From Geosiphon pyriformis uo1 (taxonomy: Eukaryota > Fungi > Glomeromycota), in the NCBI GenBank assembly GCA_016748015.1, contig JAAOMT010000620.1, positions 727,322 through 791,321 on the forward strand: a DNA stretch of 64,000 bases, read 5' to 3'. The notes below the pieces were generated by a model. That model had not been told where the DNA came from. It did not search any database and was given only the letters and a program-made list of their open reading frames with translations. A program made the position numbers and the translations under genes. Shown here piece after piece: positions 41,097-55,300 of the stretch; the stretch's first letter is position 1; every line of letters starts with the position of its first letter.

Positions 41097-44000
41097 AAAA
41101 GAAGAAGATAATGTTACTTATAAAAAAGAAAACAAATATAGAAAAATAGTAGACCAATAGAAGAGTAATAGTTAACATGTAAGCACATTGTTCAGCAATA
41201 TGGAGCAATGTCAGAAATTATGGCACATTGCTCAGCAATGTGAACATTGCTTGAGAAATTATAGCACATTGTTCGAAAATGTGAGTGATCTTGTAGAACC
41301 CAAATTATGTATATATAGTGATAGCATTAGAAGTAGAAAAGACAGACCTCTCAGTTTAGATTTTATCTAAACGACCTTCTAATTCACAAATATCAATAAA
41401 TAATTATTCTTTATCTCAAATTCACTCTCACTATCAACACTTCATGTTGATAGTAATTGATACTTAACCATACTGGAACAATAGCTCTTGATCATGACTA
41501 TTGATGGGATACTAACTTGCAATTGCTTTTGTTTATTTCTCTATCTTTTTTTATTTCTTTTATTTCTTTTTGTTATTTCTTTGGGTTTACTAAATTGATT
41601 AAAGATTAAAGTACTGAGATACAAACGTCATAGAGATTGGTAAAAAACCTGTGAAACAAGAGTAGAACACTCATAGATTTGAGAATAGCTTATCAGGAGG
41701 ATTACTGATCACCATGCTAAGAAAAAAATTCGACAGAATTGCAATTCTGGAAGATTACTGAAAACAACTATTAAATCTCTGTCTATTATACAAAGAACTC
41801 CACAAACAAACCTTCAGATCAACAAAATTTTCAGATATTAATGCCAAAATACCAACCAAGCACCAAGTTATGGATTTGTTATTTGATTTGAGATCCCAAA
41901 TAATCATCTGTAACAATGTAATAGGTGTTTCTTAACTCTGTTATTAATATCTACTAATTTTTTCCACTCAGTTTGTAATTTGCAATGTTTCCCTCATAAT
42001 TTTTTCTTTGCTTGAGTCATTATTTATTTACACATCTTAATTAAAATATTATTGTTAGTCCTTTGATCAATGTTAACAAAAGCATTAATTCTTCTAAATT
42101 GCTTATTGATCAATCTTTTGCATAGCAGATCTATGTTGGGTGTTAACCTAATATACTTATTAGACAACACAACTCTTTTATCAAGGTCCAAGATTTTATG
42201 TTTCCCTCTCATAGTCTTTAATAAGCATTGTATCCACTTATTTCTTACTTTATCTATCAGTGTTTTTTCCTTATGAGTATTTAGAAAGCATTTTCAAAAG
42301 TGTTGGTTGGTTTCTATTTTTGTATGACATGTTTTGCACAGATTGTTCAGATATACAAAGAGACATCTGTTATATAACATTTCTGTTGTTGGCAGCATGT
42401 TGTTAAATGATTTCATAATAAATGTACACATTGTTGAAAAACCAGCTAATATAAAGCCTAATAACATTTTACTATTCCAGTTTCACACTTTGGTTGTGCA
42501 CTCTCACTCTACTCTTTGGTTCAAAGATCTTACTGTCTCTTGTATTTTGTTATTGCCAATTCAATTCAAAGCTTTTTGCATTTTAGTCTGTTGGTTCAGA
42601 AAATATCTGATATTTAGATCTAATTCAACTTCTTTGTAAGAGGAAATGTAATTAATATTCTTAGCATTGTAGGCCCACCCCACCATGTTAAAAGCAGTAG
42701 CTTCTTTGGCTAGTTTGTTAGTCATCTCATATTCAGATATTCCAGTGTGTGTAGTTACTTTGTTTATGTTGAGACCAATTTTTTTTTTACCTATTACTGT
42801 CTTGATTGCATTCTATGTACACCAGTTAGGAGTTTTAAGCTGATTTCTAATAGACATAGAAAAGTCTTTAGATAATTATTTTTGAGCTGTTAATACTACT
42901 GCCTGACTATCTGTGTTCAATGTTAGCTTACAATTGTAAGGCATTGCTTCCAAAGCCAGTAATACAGCTTTTGTTTCAGTTTTTGTTAACAATAACATTC
43001 CATCAACTCCTATCTCAAAGTTGGCCTTTATTTCATATGTTATAAAGACAGCTGCTTCTTTAACATTTCCAGAATTAGCTTTTACCAGTGAATTATCTGT
43101 TGATATTTTTATTTCCTTTCTAAGCCTCAACTTATCTTATATGCTTCTCCATTGTGATAATAGAGTATCAGGAATTTGGATGTAAATAGTGTTTTTTTGC
43201 ATTGTTTTCAGGTCATTTGGTATTTGGTTATCTAGTTTGTGTATTCCCAATGCTTCACATTAAGCTACATCAATTTTTTTGTATTCATCCATAATAAGTG
43301 TGGCCTCTAATATTTTAAACCATCTGGAAATTCTACCACTGTTACTTTGTCTGTACTTTCTTGTAAAATTCATCCATGTTATTAATGATCCATCCTTGTT
43401 TAGTACTTGATGCAAATACAAAATGTTCTTCTTTCTCAGTACACTTCTGACTTTAATATAAGTTATACCTGGAGTTATAACTGTCTCAATTAAATGTGCA
43501 TGTGGTCTTGAAGATTCAGGTATCCCATATGTGTTATCAGAGCTTTTGAATAAGATACCTCTTTCTTTCATTATTTGCATAATATTTGCTATAAGATTAA
43601 TCTCTGGCTTAGATTGTTCATTAGTAGGATATTTAAGTACATTATGAGCTGACCATCTTTGTGTCTGCAAATTAGCTAGTCTGATTTTTGTAGCCATTCC
43701 AGCAATATCATTACTGTTTAATTTAACCAACAAATCTGTAATCTTGCTTTTTGCTAGTTGTACAAAGATGAGTAATGTATGACACTGGCCAGAAAATCTA
43801 CTGAAAGTTTTGCTTTTTTTTTACAATAGTGGAGATCTTTGAGGTCCATTTTTTGATTTAACTGTTTGGTATATGAGTCAATTGAGATCTAAATTCTATT
43901 GCTGGACTGAGTACACTGTTGAAAATATAAATTGCCTGTTTTTAGTAATGTGTTTTTTTCTAATAATTCTACATACTGCTTCAATATCAGATTTTATCAT

Positions 44001-47000
44001 TTTTAATACAGTTTTATTTTTTCCATCTGCTCTGATTCATATCCCCAAATATTGAGTGCATGTAAACAGATTTAACAATTTCAAGGTTTGTTTGTTTAGA
44101 CCAAATTTTAGTAGCTCAACCAACATTGATTTTTTTTTGGAGGGTCTGATCACCATTGTTTCAATCTTATCTAAGTTGATCTCAATATCCACTATTCTAA
44201 AGAAGAAGCTAGCTGTGTTCAGAATACTCTGCATTCTCTGTCTTGAGTTAGCTATCCACATTGTGTCATTGACAAAGGCAAGGTGGTTTACTGATGCCAA
44301 TAGGGATTGTGTGTTTGTTTAATCATTCTATTTTTTTTATTCAGCTGTTAATTTGTATTCTTGGCTGTAATTGATTTGTTTTACTTCATACAGTAAAAAG
44401 TCATAGAAAATCTTCTACATAATAAGTGAGCTTGTTTCTCCCTGATCTAGTTCATTCTGTACTTGATATTCATTACTTAACCCAAACTCAGTTATAATCT
44501 TATTACTTCTATTGTTGGACATCAAGCCAAATAGCTCAGTAAACCTATTGTTCATTTTGATTTTTTTTAGTACAGCTTTTATAGGTTTTCATCTTATTAA
44601 GTTATATGCTTTTTTTATGTTCTGAAATGTAAACCAAGCCTCATTATCAAATTTTCTTGCATGCTCAGCAACAGCATTAATCACATAAATTGGCACTGCT
44701 ATAGATATATTCTTTAAAACTGAGATGTTGTAATTTTTTAGAATATTGTAGAGCTCACATGCTTTGATATTCTTGCAGTTAGAATCTTTGTTAAGATCTT
44801 TCTTGTACTTTCAATAAGAACTTGAAGGAATTGTTAATGGTCTCTCCTAATTTTCATGACCATAATTAAAGCTAAGAGTAAAAAAGTTGCAAACTGTACT
44901 TTTTTTATAATAACTAATAAAGTTCTAATATGAGAGAGTTTCTCTGTTATTGAAGCAGCCTAGCAAAACATTCTGGCAACATTTTCTTTAAAAAATATTA
45001 GTGAAAAGCTGCCTTTAGTGGCTTCTGGTTTATTTTTTTCTTCTTTGGCTGAAAGTTCTTCTCCAGTCAAAGTTCCTTCAAAAAGGCACACTTGGGTTAA
45101 TTTTAGTGTTGTTTCCACCACTTCAAAAAGCCCAAAGATTTTTAATAACAGACCAGTCAACAAGCTGGTTTTTTCTGCTTTTATCACTTCTACTATTACT
45201 ACTACTACTACTTCACAAATGGCCACAAAAGCAAAAAATTCCAAAAAACAGCAGCAGACAGTCACAACTGCTATAGTCACACCAAATTTTTTTGTGGTTC
45301 CAGATGAAATCTTGGATAAGATCTCTACAGTAGCAGCCAGCCCTCTTCCTGATATAGATGGCAACAACAGCAGCACATCTCCCAAGATAGACCAAGATTA
45401 ACCACTGGCTGTGTTGTCTAATGTGGTGATTTTTAGCAGATCATCATCAATCTTAGAAGCAAAACAGTCCATCATTTCAGATAATCTCAAAGATTAGACT
45501 GATCAGATGGAAATAGAATCAACTGCTTCTCCCCCATTTTCTGGTGCTGCTGACAGTAGTGCTTGAAAAAATGTGAATGGTCATCAAAAGTACTATTACA
45601 GGTTGGAGTAATAAGCTAACAGATAGCAAGAGAGAACAGAATTGTAGAGTAATGAAAAGAATCAAAGGGATTTCAACTTCAAAAAGCAAATTGAATAAGT
45701 ATGAATTCAATGTGTAAGATCAGTCTCATAAAATATCTCAGTTACTATACTTTTTAAAGACAACCAGAGAATCTAAAGGTAGAGGAATAATCTGTACTGT
45801 CAACAAATGATCACACTTGGTATAATTCTATGCCTCACATCAGTGCTTTTAGAATTCAATATCAAGTATTAAATGTGTTCTTCAATTATGTTTTATTCAA
45901 TAATTTTCAAATACTGTCCTTATACATTTTAGGAAAAGGTAAAAAAATACCAACAAGTGATCTTTTATTCCAAGATGTTCAAATACTTAAAGGTAAAAAA
46001 AGAGAAATTAGTGATAAGAGAATAATTGAGATGAAAGTTGTTATTTTATTTATTTTTTTTCTTTGATTCTTATATGCTTTTTTACAGTTAAGAGATTTAT
46101 TGCTTATATAGTTATCAAAAGTGATCAATAATCAGATTAATAACTAAGTCAATGATCAGGTCAATGATTACTTTCTAAAAATAGAGTGGCTAATTTATAT
46201 GATATCAGTGGCTAATACATGTGATAATTAATAAAAAATATAAGTTTCAACCATAACATCATCCTCTCCAAAGAGATTGAGCTCTGGTGAAATTAAGCTA
46301 TTTATGGAGTAATCTATTTGAAGAGTTTTATCTAATTCAAAACTAACTAGTTTATTGAAGTCTTTTGTGGATAAAGTGTATAGAACTTGAGGCAAAATAA
46401 GCTTTGTATCCAAGAGACCAAATCTTTGTATAAAAATTTTGGCTCTTCTTGTAATGGTCAAAACTCTTGAGACATCTAATTATATAATGCTCAAAATTTT
46501 CACTTGTATCTCAGAAGTTGTTTTCTTTATAAGTTTTATGTTTTCTATGATTTTACCAAAGCAATCATAGAGTTCTAGTTGTCTTTTATATAACAAGTTT
46601 TTGTCTATAGGTAAGATTTCTTGGTGTGTTTTTCCAATTGTGCTAAAAGATACAAGTATTGTTGCTGTTATGCTTTCTAGCAAATACTTATTTATTTTGC
46701 TACCAATTCTTTCTCTTCTGATAGTAGTTTTTTTTGGTTTAATAACAGTATGTGTTCTACTGTTATTAGTTATGGTGGTCTGTTTTCCAATGGTCAGAAT
46801 AGCATTTAGATAGTTTTTAATCCAATACTTATGAAGAGTATAGAAGGCATTTTGAATGTTTTAATCCAGAAAATAATTGTTCATGTCGATTGAAAATACC
46901 TCTGTTTTGGGAATAATGCATTTATTTATACTTGATTTTTGCTTATTATTTGAGTTGATATTACCACAACAGGCAACCAATCAGATCGTTTATGATATTT

Positions 47001-50000
47001 TTTGAGTCATGTATCATGAACAAAGTGATTATTAAAGATTGTTCTTGATTGATCTTAAAAAATATAAGAACCATTGTTTAAAACTTTGTTGACTATAAAA
47101 AGTCCTTTCCATTGGCTAGAAAATTTATTACCATAGATATTGTCTCTGTCTGAATGGTATTCCAATACCAAGTCACTAACACTTAAGAAAAGTGTTTTAT
47201 AGATTTTCTTTTTCTTAAGCTTTTTTTGGAACTGTTTTATTTTTTCAAAAGCAATTATTTGTGCTTCTACCAAGAAGTCAAGAATGTTACCAAGTCTTCT
47301 TTGCAAAATGTCTTTGTAATTTCCTATTGTGATCTTTTTAAAGGGTATTGTTTCAATGTTAGTTTCTATTGGTAGTGTTGTCATACATCCATAGAGCAGA
47401 TAAAAAGGTTCATAACTTGTTATGTTATGATTCACAGTTCTATAAGCAAACAAAGCCAAAGGCAGTACTTTGTCTTATAAGTTTGTTTTTTTACTGGTTT
47501 TGGCTAGGGTTTCACATAGTGTTCTATTGAAACATTCTACTAGGCCATTTGTTTGGGAGTGATAAGGGGAGGAAAGTTTATAACATATTCCCATTTTTCT
47601 ACAAAGTTCTTCAACCAGTGTACTGAGAAAAGCTCTTCCTCTATCAGATAAAAGTTCTTTGGACAGTTATGACAGCAGATAATATCTTCATAAATGAAAT
47701 TGGCTATTGAGACTGCTGTTTGGTTTGGGATGGCTCTTGCTTCTACTCACTTTGTAAGATAGTTAGTAGCTGTAATAATGTATCTGTTGCCATTAAGAGT
47801 TATTGTTAAAGGTCCAACAACATCTATATCAATTCTGTTAAATGGTTAACCAACAAAGATTGGATGGATATCTTCTTTGTGATTGGGTTTGCTTTTTTTT
47901 TGACAGATGTTACAGGTTTTAATGTATTTGGCAATGTCTTTTCCCAAGGTAGGCCAATAATAGTGAGCTAAAGTTTTCTGAATTGTCTTTGTTTTTCCAA
48001 AGTGTCTAGCTAATGGATCAGTGTGCATGTTGTATATTACAATTTTTTTTTTTTCAAATCTGATGACTCTTTGGAGGTGGTCAGGATCTTTTCTGTTTCT
48101 TTTATATAATTGGTTCTGGCAGATCAAATAGAAATTTAATTGTTTGCACAAATGTTCTCTTTGCTGTTGAGTGTATTCTGATGGGTATTGTCTTTTATCC
48201 AAAAATTCTATTAAGGCAGAGTAGTTGTCCAAGTTCATTATCGTGTTTGTTTGTGAAAAAGTTACTAATAATTAAGTTGGTTTGGTTTGAGAAGTTGTAC
48301 TATCACTGAATAGTAAGTCTAAAGAGAGTTTTAGCATTTTGATGATTTGCTCCTTTGCAGTATTGAATATTATAGTTGAATTCATTCAAGTGGAGTATCC
48401 AGCAAGTTATTTGTTTGTGTTCCAGCTTCTTTTTATTGTGCAGCCAAACCAAGGCTTGATGATCTGTTACTACTAAGAATTTTGCACCAAGTCCATAGTC
48501 AGATACATCAGTGTGGAGAATAAAAGATTGGTCCAGATTAGATTGCTTGAGAATTGGTTTAGTAACAAGTTTTTCCTTTAGAATTTCAAAAGCTTTTTGT
48601 TGATAAATGCTCCTGTAATAATTGACATTTTTCCTGAGTAGCTGATTGAGAGGAAAGGCAATTTTGGAAAAATTCTTGATAAATTTGCAATAGTAAAAGG
48701 CCAAACCAAGAAAAGAGTGTAGTTTAGGAACATTCATTGGTTGTCTAATGTTCTGAACTTTTTCAACTTTAGCTGGGTCAGAGAAGATTCTATCTTTTGT
48801 AATAAGATGACCAAAGAACTGGGTGGATTGGCATCCAAAGAAAAATTTGATTGGGTTGATTTTAAGGCCAGCATTTCTGAACAGGTCAAAAACTTTCTGT
48901 AAATGTTCAAGGTATTTATCCCAGGTTTTTGAATATACCATTATGTTGTCCAAGTAAACCAGAACAAAGTTTTCTTTTACTGATTCAAACACTTTATCCA
49001 TTAGGTGTTAAAAAGTGGAAGGAGCATTGGTGAAACCAAAAGACATGACTATAAATTCATAGGTGTCATACTTGGTGATGAAGGCAGTTTTCTTTCTGCT
49101 GTTACTGAAGGTTTTTGGTCTTTTTTCTTGAATGTTGTAAATGTCTGTTGGTTGCAAATTCACGTTTTCTAGAAGTAGTTGAACCTCCAATAACTGAATT
49201 TATCTTCAAATTATCTTCTATAATTTGAACTGCTGGGCTTATGAGTGAAATGGCCAATTCTGTGCCAGTTACTTTGTATAGTTATGTTGTAGTAAATGTC
49301 AACTCTTTCTCAGGAATTGCTTATCTAGAAGCTCACTAAAAATGTGTAGTTACTTTGCTGTAAAAGTCAACTCTTCTACCAGAATCTTGTCTATAGGCTA
49401 CCCTAATGATTGTAATAAGAAAATAAAAGAAAAATAAAAGAAATGTAAAAGAAATAGAATTCTGTCAAGGGAAACGTTTTCTATCCAGACCTGGAGTCAC
49501 TAACAGTTTACTGAAATTGGTAGCTAATTAATTTCAAAATGTTAGTTGGGTTTTTGGAAATTTTCCAAGTGCAATATTTAAAAAAATTGGGTTTTCAAAT
49601 TATTTAATATTTTATTTCTTTTTGTGTGTGTAGGAATGGTTCTAAGTGATAAATCTAAAGTAAGATATATTTTCTTGAAAAAAAAAGCTCTTCTTTTATA
49701 CAACTTGTTGTAATACTAGTTTATGAACTTGCACTTTTTCTCTTTGCTCAAATTTCGGCAAACTAAAGATACATTTTGATGAACTACAAGTTATTTCGCT
49801 GAACTATTGATTAATTTGGGTGAACTATTTATAATTTCGGCGAATTTCTATAAATTTCAGCGAATTTCTTATAAATTTTGGCGAATTTTAGAATGTTACA
49901 AAGTTCAGAGTATTGTGTAATTTGATCATCCTACTTTCTGTTATACTAATTAAATTATTTTAATTGAATCGTGATATGTGATAATTGATTAAATAATAAA

Positions 50001-50127
50001 TGATAATTTGAAATGATATTAATATACTAATTAATTATAGGAATTATAAGGGTAATTGCATGCTAATTAATAGCTAAAATTCTACTGGTAACATAATTTC
50101 CTCCTCAAGATTGAGCTCCATCAAAGT

Positions 50128-50739
50128 TCAAGCACTATCTGTAATATTGAGATAGTGATCCAAAATAATTGAAGTAATCTGGTCTGAAAATTGTTGAAAT
50201 TTCAGTTCTGTGAGTTTGCCAATGTATTGGACTTTCATTGGTTGTAGTATTAGATTTTGTAGAACATTTTCACAAGTATTAAACAAATCATAGAGTCTAA
50301 AAGCTGCTCTAAGTTTGTAGTGAGTGTTTGTTGGTCTAGCTGCTGTTTTGAATTTATTGTGGATTTGTTTTTGTATAGCTTCAGAAGTGAGATTTGTTGC
50401 TTCAAGTTCCAGTTTTCGTTCATAAAGTGTCTTTCCAATGTGAAAGTATTTATAGATAAGAGTGTGTTCATTGTTTTGTTTATTGAGAAGTAGTAGAAAT
50501 TTTTGTTGCATTGTAGCATTTGGTGAAATGTCCATAGGGGCAATTAAAAAATTTTCTTCTAGTGGTTGCTTCAAAAGTCTTGATAACCTATTTTCAGAGT
50601 GGCTTCTTGTTTTTCTTCTATAGGGGTGATAGTTCTGTGAATAATTTGCTATTGGGGCTGTGGTTTTTTTCTGAATGTAATTAATTTGACTTCTATTAAT
50701 CGTTATGGATAAGTCAGAAAATGTTTTCAAGGCTAACAT
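50128..50739 (-). CDS. ORF3 of C (open, 203 aa, unknown function)
   Basis: Uninterrupted ORF between IN and the PPT: ITINRSQINY...YKYFHIGKTL...LRAAFRLYDLF...YIGKLTELKFQQF. Confidence 0.75.
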   Translation of the reverse strand: MLALKTFSDLSITINRSQINYIQKKTTAPIANYSQNYHPYRRKTRSHSENRLSRLLKQPLEENFLIAPMDISPNATMQQKFLLLLNKQNNEHTLIYKYFHIGKTLYERKLELEATNLTSEAIQKQIHNKFKTAARPTNTHYKLRAAFRLYDLFNTCENVLQNLILQPMKVQYIGKLTELKFQQFSDQITSIILDHYLNITDSA

Positions 50740-50943
50740 TAATTTTTGGGATATTTGTTAAATATTTCGGGAAATAATCATGATAAAATTGACTAATTAT
50801 GAAAAGAAAGAATAAAGAAAATTATTTTTTGGAAATGGAGTTTTTGTTTGTTTTTGGGTTTGGGTGTTTTTTGTAATTATTACTATTTTTGTCTTTGTGT
50901 TTTTATTAGAGAATTATTGTAAAATTTAAGTGTTTAAGTTTGG

Positions 50944-52291
50944 TTATTGTTCTATTATAATTATTAGTTCTAAATTTCAGAGAATATCTTCAGGATTAAT
51001 TAAAGGAGAATGTGTACCAATTTGTGAAATTAATGTTTCAGGATTGTTTCTGGAATGATAGTGTTTCAATCTGTCTCTATTGCAACTTTTGCTAGTATTT
51101 TGTTATCAAGTCTTAACTTGTATGATCTATTGCCTAGAATTTTGTGAATATAAAATGGTCTATTTCATTTGTTTTCAAATTTCTCACTCCATTGTTTTTC
51201 AGTCTTAGTTCTGTATAAAAGAACTTTATTTTCAACTTTAAATTCATTGGTAATAGGTGGTAATTTGTTGTCATGTCTTTCTTTTTGTTGAGCTTGGGAA
51301 TGTTCAATATAAGTTGCTGCTATTCTTTTTTTTCCTTCCAGTGTACTAAGAAGAGTGTAGGCTCTTCTTTGGAGTGTTTTTTGAAAGTTTTCTTTATTGA
51401 TTGGTTGTACTGAGTATGTTTCCACTGTGAAATTAATTGGTAATGTTGCTGTCCTTCCATAAGTAAGATCAAATGGTGTGTGTTTCATAGTATTTTGTTT
51501 TAGCATTCTGTATGCTAGTAATACTGATGGAATAAAGATATCCCATTCCTGCTCAAAGTCTGTTGAGACTTTGGTTAGAGATTTACACAATGTTCTGTTG
51601 AAATGTTCTACAAGTCTATTTGTTTGAAGATAATAAAATGATAATAAAGGTCTTTTGACATTGAATCATTCACAAATTTCTTGTATCAAGTTGTTCACAA
51701 AATGTGTTCTTTGATTAGATAAGAGTTCAATTGAACATCTATGTCTACAAATAATGTCTTCATAGATGAAATTTACTACTGATTTTGCATCTGCTCTTTG
51801 GATGGCTCTAGCTTCAGGCCATTCGGTGAGATAATCTATTACAACTACAATATAACAATTTTCTTGGATAGTGATAGGTAATGGTCTGACTTAATCAATT
51901 CCAACTCTGTTAAAAGATTGTCCAACTTTGATTGGATTTAAAGATTCTGTAAGGTGAGTTCCTTCTCTTCTTTGACAACTATCACAAGATTCTACATATT
52001 GTCAAATGTTTTTTTGCATGTGAGGCCAAAAATAATGTTCAAGAGTTTTTTGAATTGTTTCATCTCTTCCCAAGTGTGCATGTTGTATAAAATTGTTTCT
52101 TTTTTATTCTCTTGTACTAATCTGAGTGGTTGGTTTGGGTTTTTGTGATTTTTATAATAGATTTTGTTCTGGTGTATGAAATATTGTTTTGATTGGTGTT
52201 GTAAACAATGTTTTTCACTTGGAGACCAGTTTTCTGGCATGGTAAGGGTCTCTAAATAATTTTTAAGATTGCTGTAATTTCTGGGATCCAT
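50944..52291 (-). pseudogene. Integrase ORF of C
   Basis: MDPRNY..., DYLTEWPEA, WDIFIPSVLLAYR, KQWSEKFENK; ends NLELIIIIEQ*. Confidence 0.88.
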
Positions 52292-52348
52292 TCTTGTTTG
52301 GTTATTTTGTTGGTAAGTTGGTAAGTTGTAATAGAATTGTTGTTGGTA

Positions 52349-55300
52349 TTAATTTTGTCTCATTCTTGAGAGGCTATCAACATTGGTATGTAGTTTTCTT
52401 AGTTTGTGGTGTACAATATATCTGTAGTCTGCTAGCAAGTCATTCCATCAAGACTGTTTGGCACTTTGTTCAGTTTTCTTTTTATTAAGCCATTTGAGAC
52501 CAATGTTGTCTATTATTATGTCAAATTCTTTTTTATTCTTCAGATATTGTTGAAAATGTTTAAGAGCCCAAATAACTGTGGCAGCTTTTAATTCAGTTGA
52601 ACTGTATTAGTTCTGTTGGTTTGAGTGTTCTACTAGTATAAGCAATGACTTGTTTTTGCCCATTTTTATTTACTTGTGATAAGATGGCATTGCATGCTAT
52701 GTGTGAAGCATCAATGGCTAGTTGAAATCGTTTGTTGAAGTCTGGATAAGCAAAAACTGGGGCTGTTGTCAGCTTTGTTTTGAGGGTTTCAAATGCTTTT
52801 TGTTGTTCTTCAGTCTATTTGTATGGCACATTTTTATTGGTGAGATAATTGAGTGATTTGGCAATTTCTGAGAATTCTTTGATGAATTTTTGATAATAGG
52901 AGACTAATCCTACAAATCCTTGTAGCTCTGTGGTATTTTTGGGGGTTTGGAAGTTTTTGACAGCACTGATTGTTCCAGGATTTGGTTTAACTCCATCTTT
53001 GCTAACAATGTGTCCAAGAAAGATTAAGCTTGTTTTTCTAAAGTGACATTTCTCAATATTCAACTTCAATTCTGCTTTCTGTAATCGTTGAAAAACTTCT
53101 TGCAGGTGAATAAAATGGGCTTCAAAGCTTGGTAAGTACACATCAGTGTCATCAAGATAAACAACTACTGATTGCCATAAGAATCCTTCATATACAACAT
53201 CCATAAGTTGTTGGAATGTTGCTGGTGCATTGCAGAGTCTAAAAAGCATAACATTGAACTCATAGTTTCCTTCTTAGATGGTAAATGCTGTTTTGGGTCA
53301 GTCTTTTGAGTCTATTTCGACTTGCTAGTATCTACTTTTCAAGTCTAAAGTTGAAAAAAACTTGGCTTTTCCTAGAGCATCTAGCATGTCATCAATTTTT
53401 GGAAGAGGATAGGCATCTCCAATTGTCACATTGTTCAATTGGCAATAGTCAACACAAAATCTGATTTTTCCATATTTTTTTTTGACAAGAACTACTGGTA
53501 AGGCCCAAGGACTTCTTAATAATTGAATTAATCTGTTATTGAGCATTCTCTGGACTTTTTCTCTGATGAATTGGTGGCTGGTAGGTGGCACTCTGTAAGC
53601 TTACTGACATTTTGGTGGAGCATTTTCTGTATGGATCTGATGTTGAACAATATCTGTTTTTCCCAGGTTATTGTTGTCTTTTGCAAATATATCTGCAAAT
53701 TCAGCTATCAATTGTTTTAATTGTCTTTGTTGTTGAGGTTCTAAGAGACTCATGTTGATTCAAGCAAGTTTTTCTTCCAAAAAGTGGTAGTTTTCAGTAG
53801 TGAGAATGATATTTGGATTTGGAAGTAGAGTGTGCCTTACAATTTCAATGAAATTAAAGACAATTTGAGAGTTTTCATCTTGAAAGATATTGCTGTGTAT
53901 GATTCCAATTTCTACTTTGTTTAATAAGACAATAGAGTAATTATTGAAGTTGTAAAATATAACTTGAAATTTTTTCATTTCTTTGGGAATATAAACATTT
54001 GGAATTGAGATTTCATGCTTCAAACAGATTTGTTCATTGAATTTAAAGATTTGTTGAGTAGTAGTGGGTTTTGAACAAGTGTAAATTTCGTGATGTTCTT
54101 CAAAAGGTGAAATAGTAATTGGTTAGAGAAGTTGAAGAATCTGGTAAGATTCATTCTGTGTATTAAAAACTATGTTTATTGGAACTGTAAATCGTCCAGT
54201 TGAACCAAAATCTTGTATTTCCCTTTCACTTTTTCCCAATTGTTCTCTGTTGTTAACTGATTGTAGACTCGAAATATTGATTAAGGATAGGTAAATTGCT
54301 TGAGCAATTTTTTCAGCATGTTCAATCTTAAATGATTTGTCTGTTTTATTCTGCAACATAATAGTAATGTCTCTAGTATATTCTGCATCTATAACTCCTC
54401 CTCTAATATTGATTCCTTTGCTGGCTAATGATGATCTGGAAGCAATTTGAACCATTGCTCTTAGTGGTATTTCAAGAGCAATTTTGAGATTGATTTTTGT
54501 CAAGAACTTTGGTTGGAGAACCAAAGTATTTTTTCCTGGATATCTTAGATCATATCCAGCATCAATTTCGTGTGCTTTTTCTGGTCTGATTCTTTGGCCA
54601 TGATTGTCAAAATATTTAAGTTGTAGAGATGGTTGTTTTTCAAGAAGATAGATAGGGGTGGTTGGTAGTTCTTCTGCTAGTTCAGATACTCCAAATTCAA
54701 TCTCATTTTCATCATTCTCATCTGGCAGAGAAATGCTAAGAGCATAACATTCTAAACACCATTGGTCATCACAAGGCATAACATATTCTTCACACAATTG
54801 AATGTTCATTTGTTCTAATCATTGAATTTAAGCTTCTTTGGTTGGGTATATATGACTTGCAATTTGGTGGTAAGTTTCTATTTTATCTTCATAATCAAAT
54901 CCAGCTAATTTCATAGTATATTCAATGTATTCAGCTTCTTTCATTTGGTGGACATCTTTTTGGATGGCTCCATTGATCAATGCTATTGCTAAGTCAAAAA
55001 TCATTTCAGCATCATGAGAGTAGTGGTAAAGTTTATTGAAAGCGCTGTTGTATGCTGCATTAAATAGTGTTCCTCTTCTGACTTTTTCCGAAATTGATAG
55101 AGCATATTGACAGGTTTGATTACATACTTCTCCTCTTATTGTAACATCAATTCAGTTGTATTCTTCTGATAACATATCTCCACATGTAAGGCAAGATGTG
55201 TTGTCCCATTTTCCACTTCTATTTGAAGATTCAAATCGTTCTCTATGGCATGCTTTGCAAAAGTAACAGATGTGAGTTTCATATTCCTCTTTTGGAGAAA

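Larger units (their letters stand above)
31976..41915 (+). mobile_element. Ty3/Gypsy LTR retrotransposon, family D (sister of B), full length with dUTPase
   Basis: 804-bp LTRs 31976-32779 and 41112-41915; TSD ATAT/ATGT (one G>A); PBS TGGTGCTCTCTGTGAAG 32782-32798; PPT about 41095-41111. Confidence 0.95.
31654..44822 (-). mobile_element. Autonomous-type LINE ORF2 (RT, RNase H, C-terminal Zn motif), 3' UTR and poly(A); interrupted by element D
   Basis: LIESTRKILTKIL (44760-44820), QGE, VNHLAFVNDTMWIA, ISTDNSL...TKTETKAVLLAL...NTDSQA (RNase H), T12 at 31654-31665. The 5' part is cut off at about 44822 by another insertion. Confidence 0.85.

Noticed and set aside
50128-50739. ORF3 as an env gene or chromodomain
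   Set aside because: No hydrophobic signal or transmembrane segment, no furin site plus fusion peptide pattern, and no YLVKW-type chromodomain motif.
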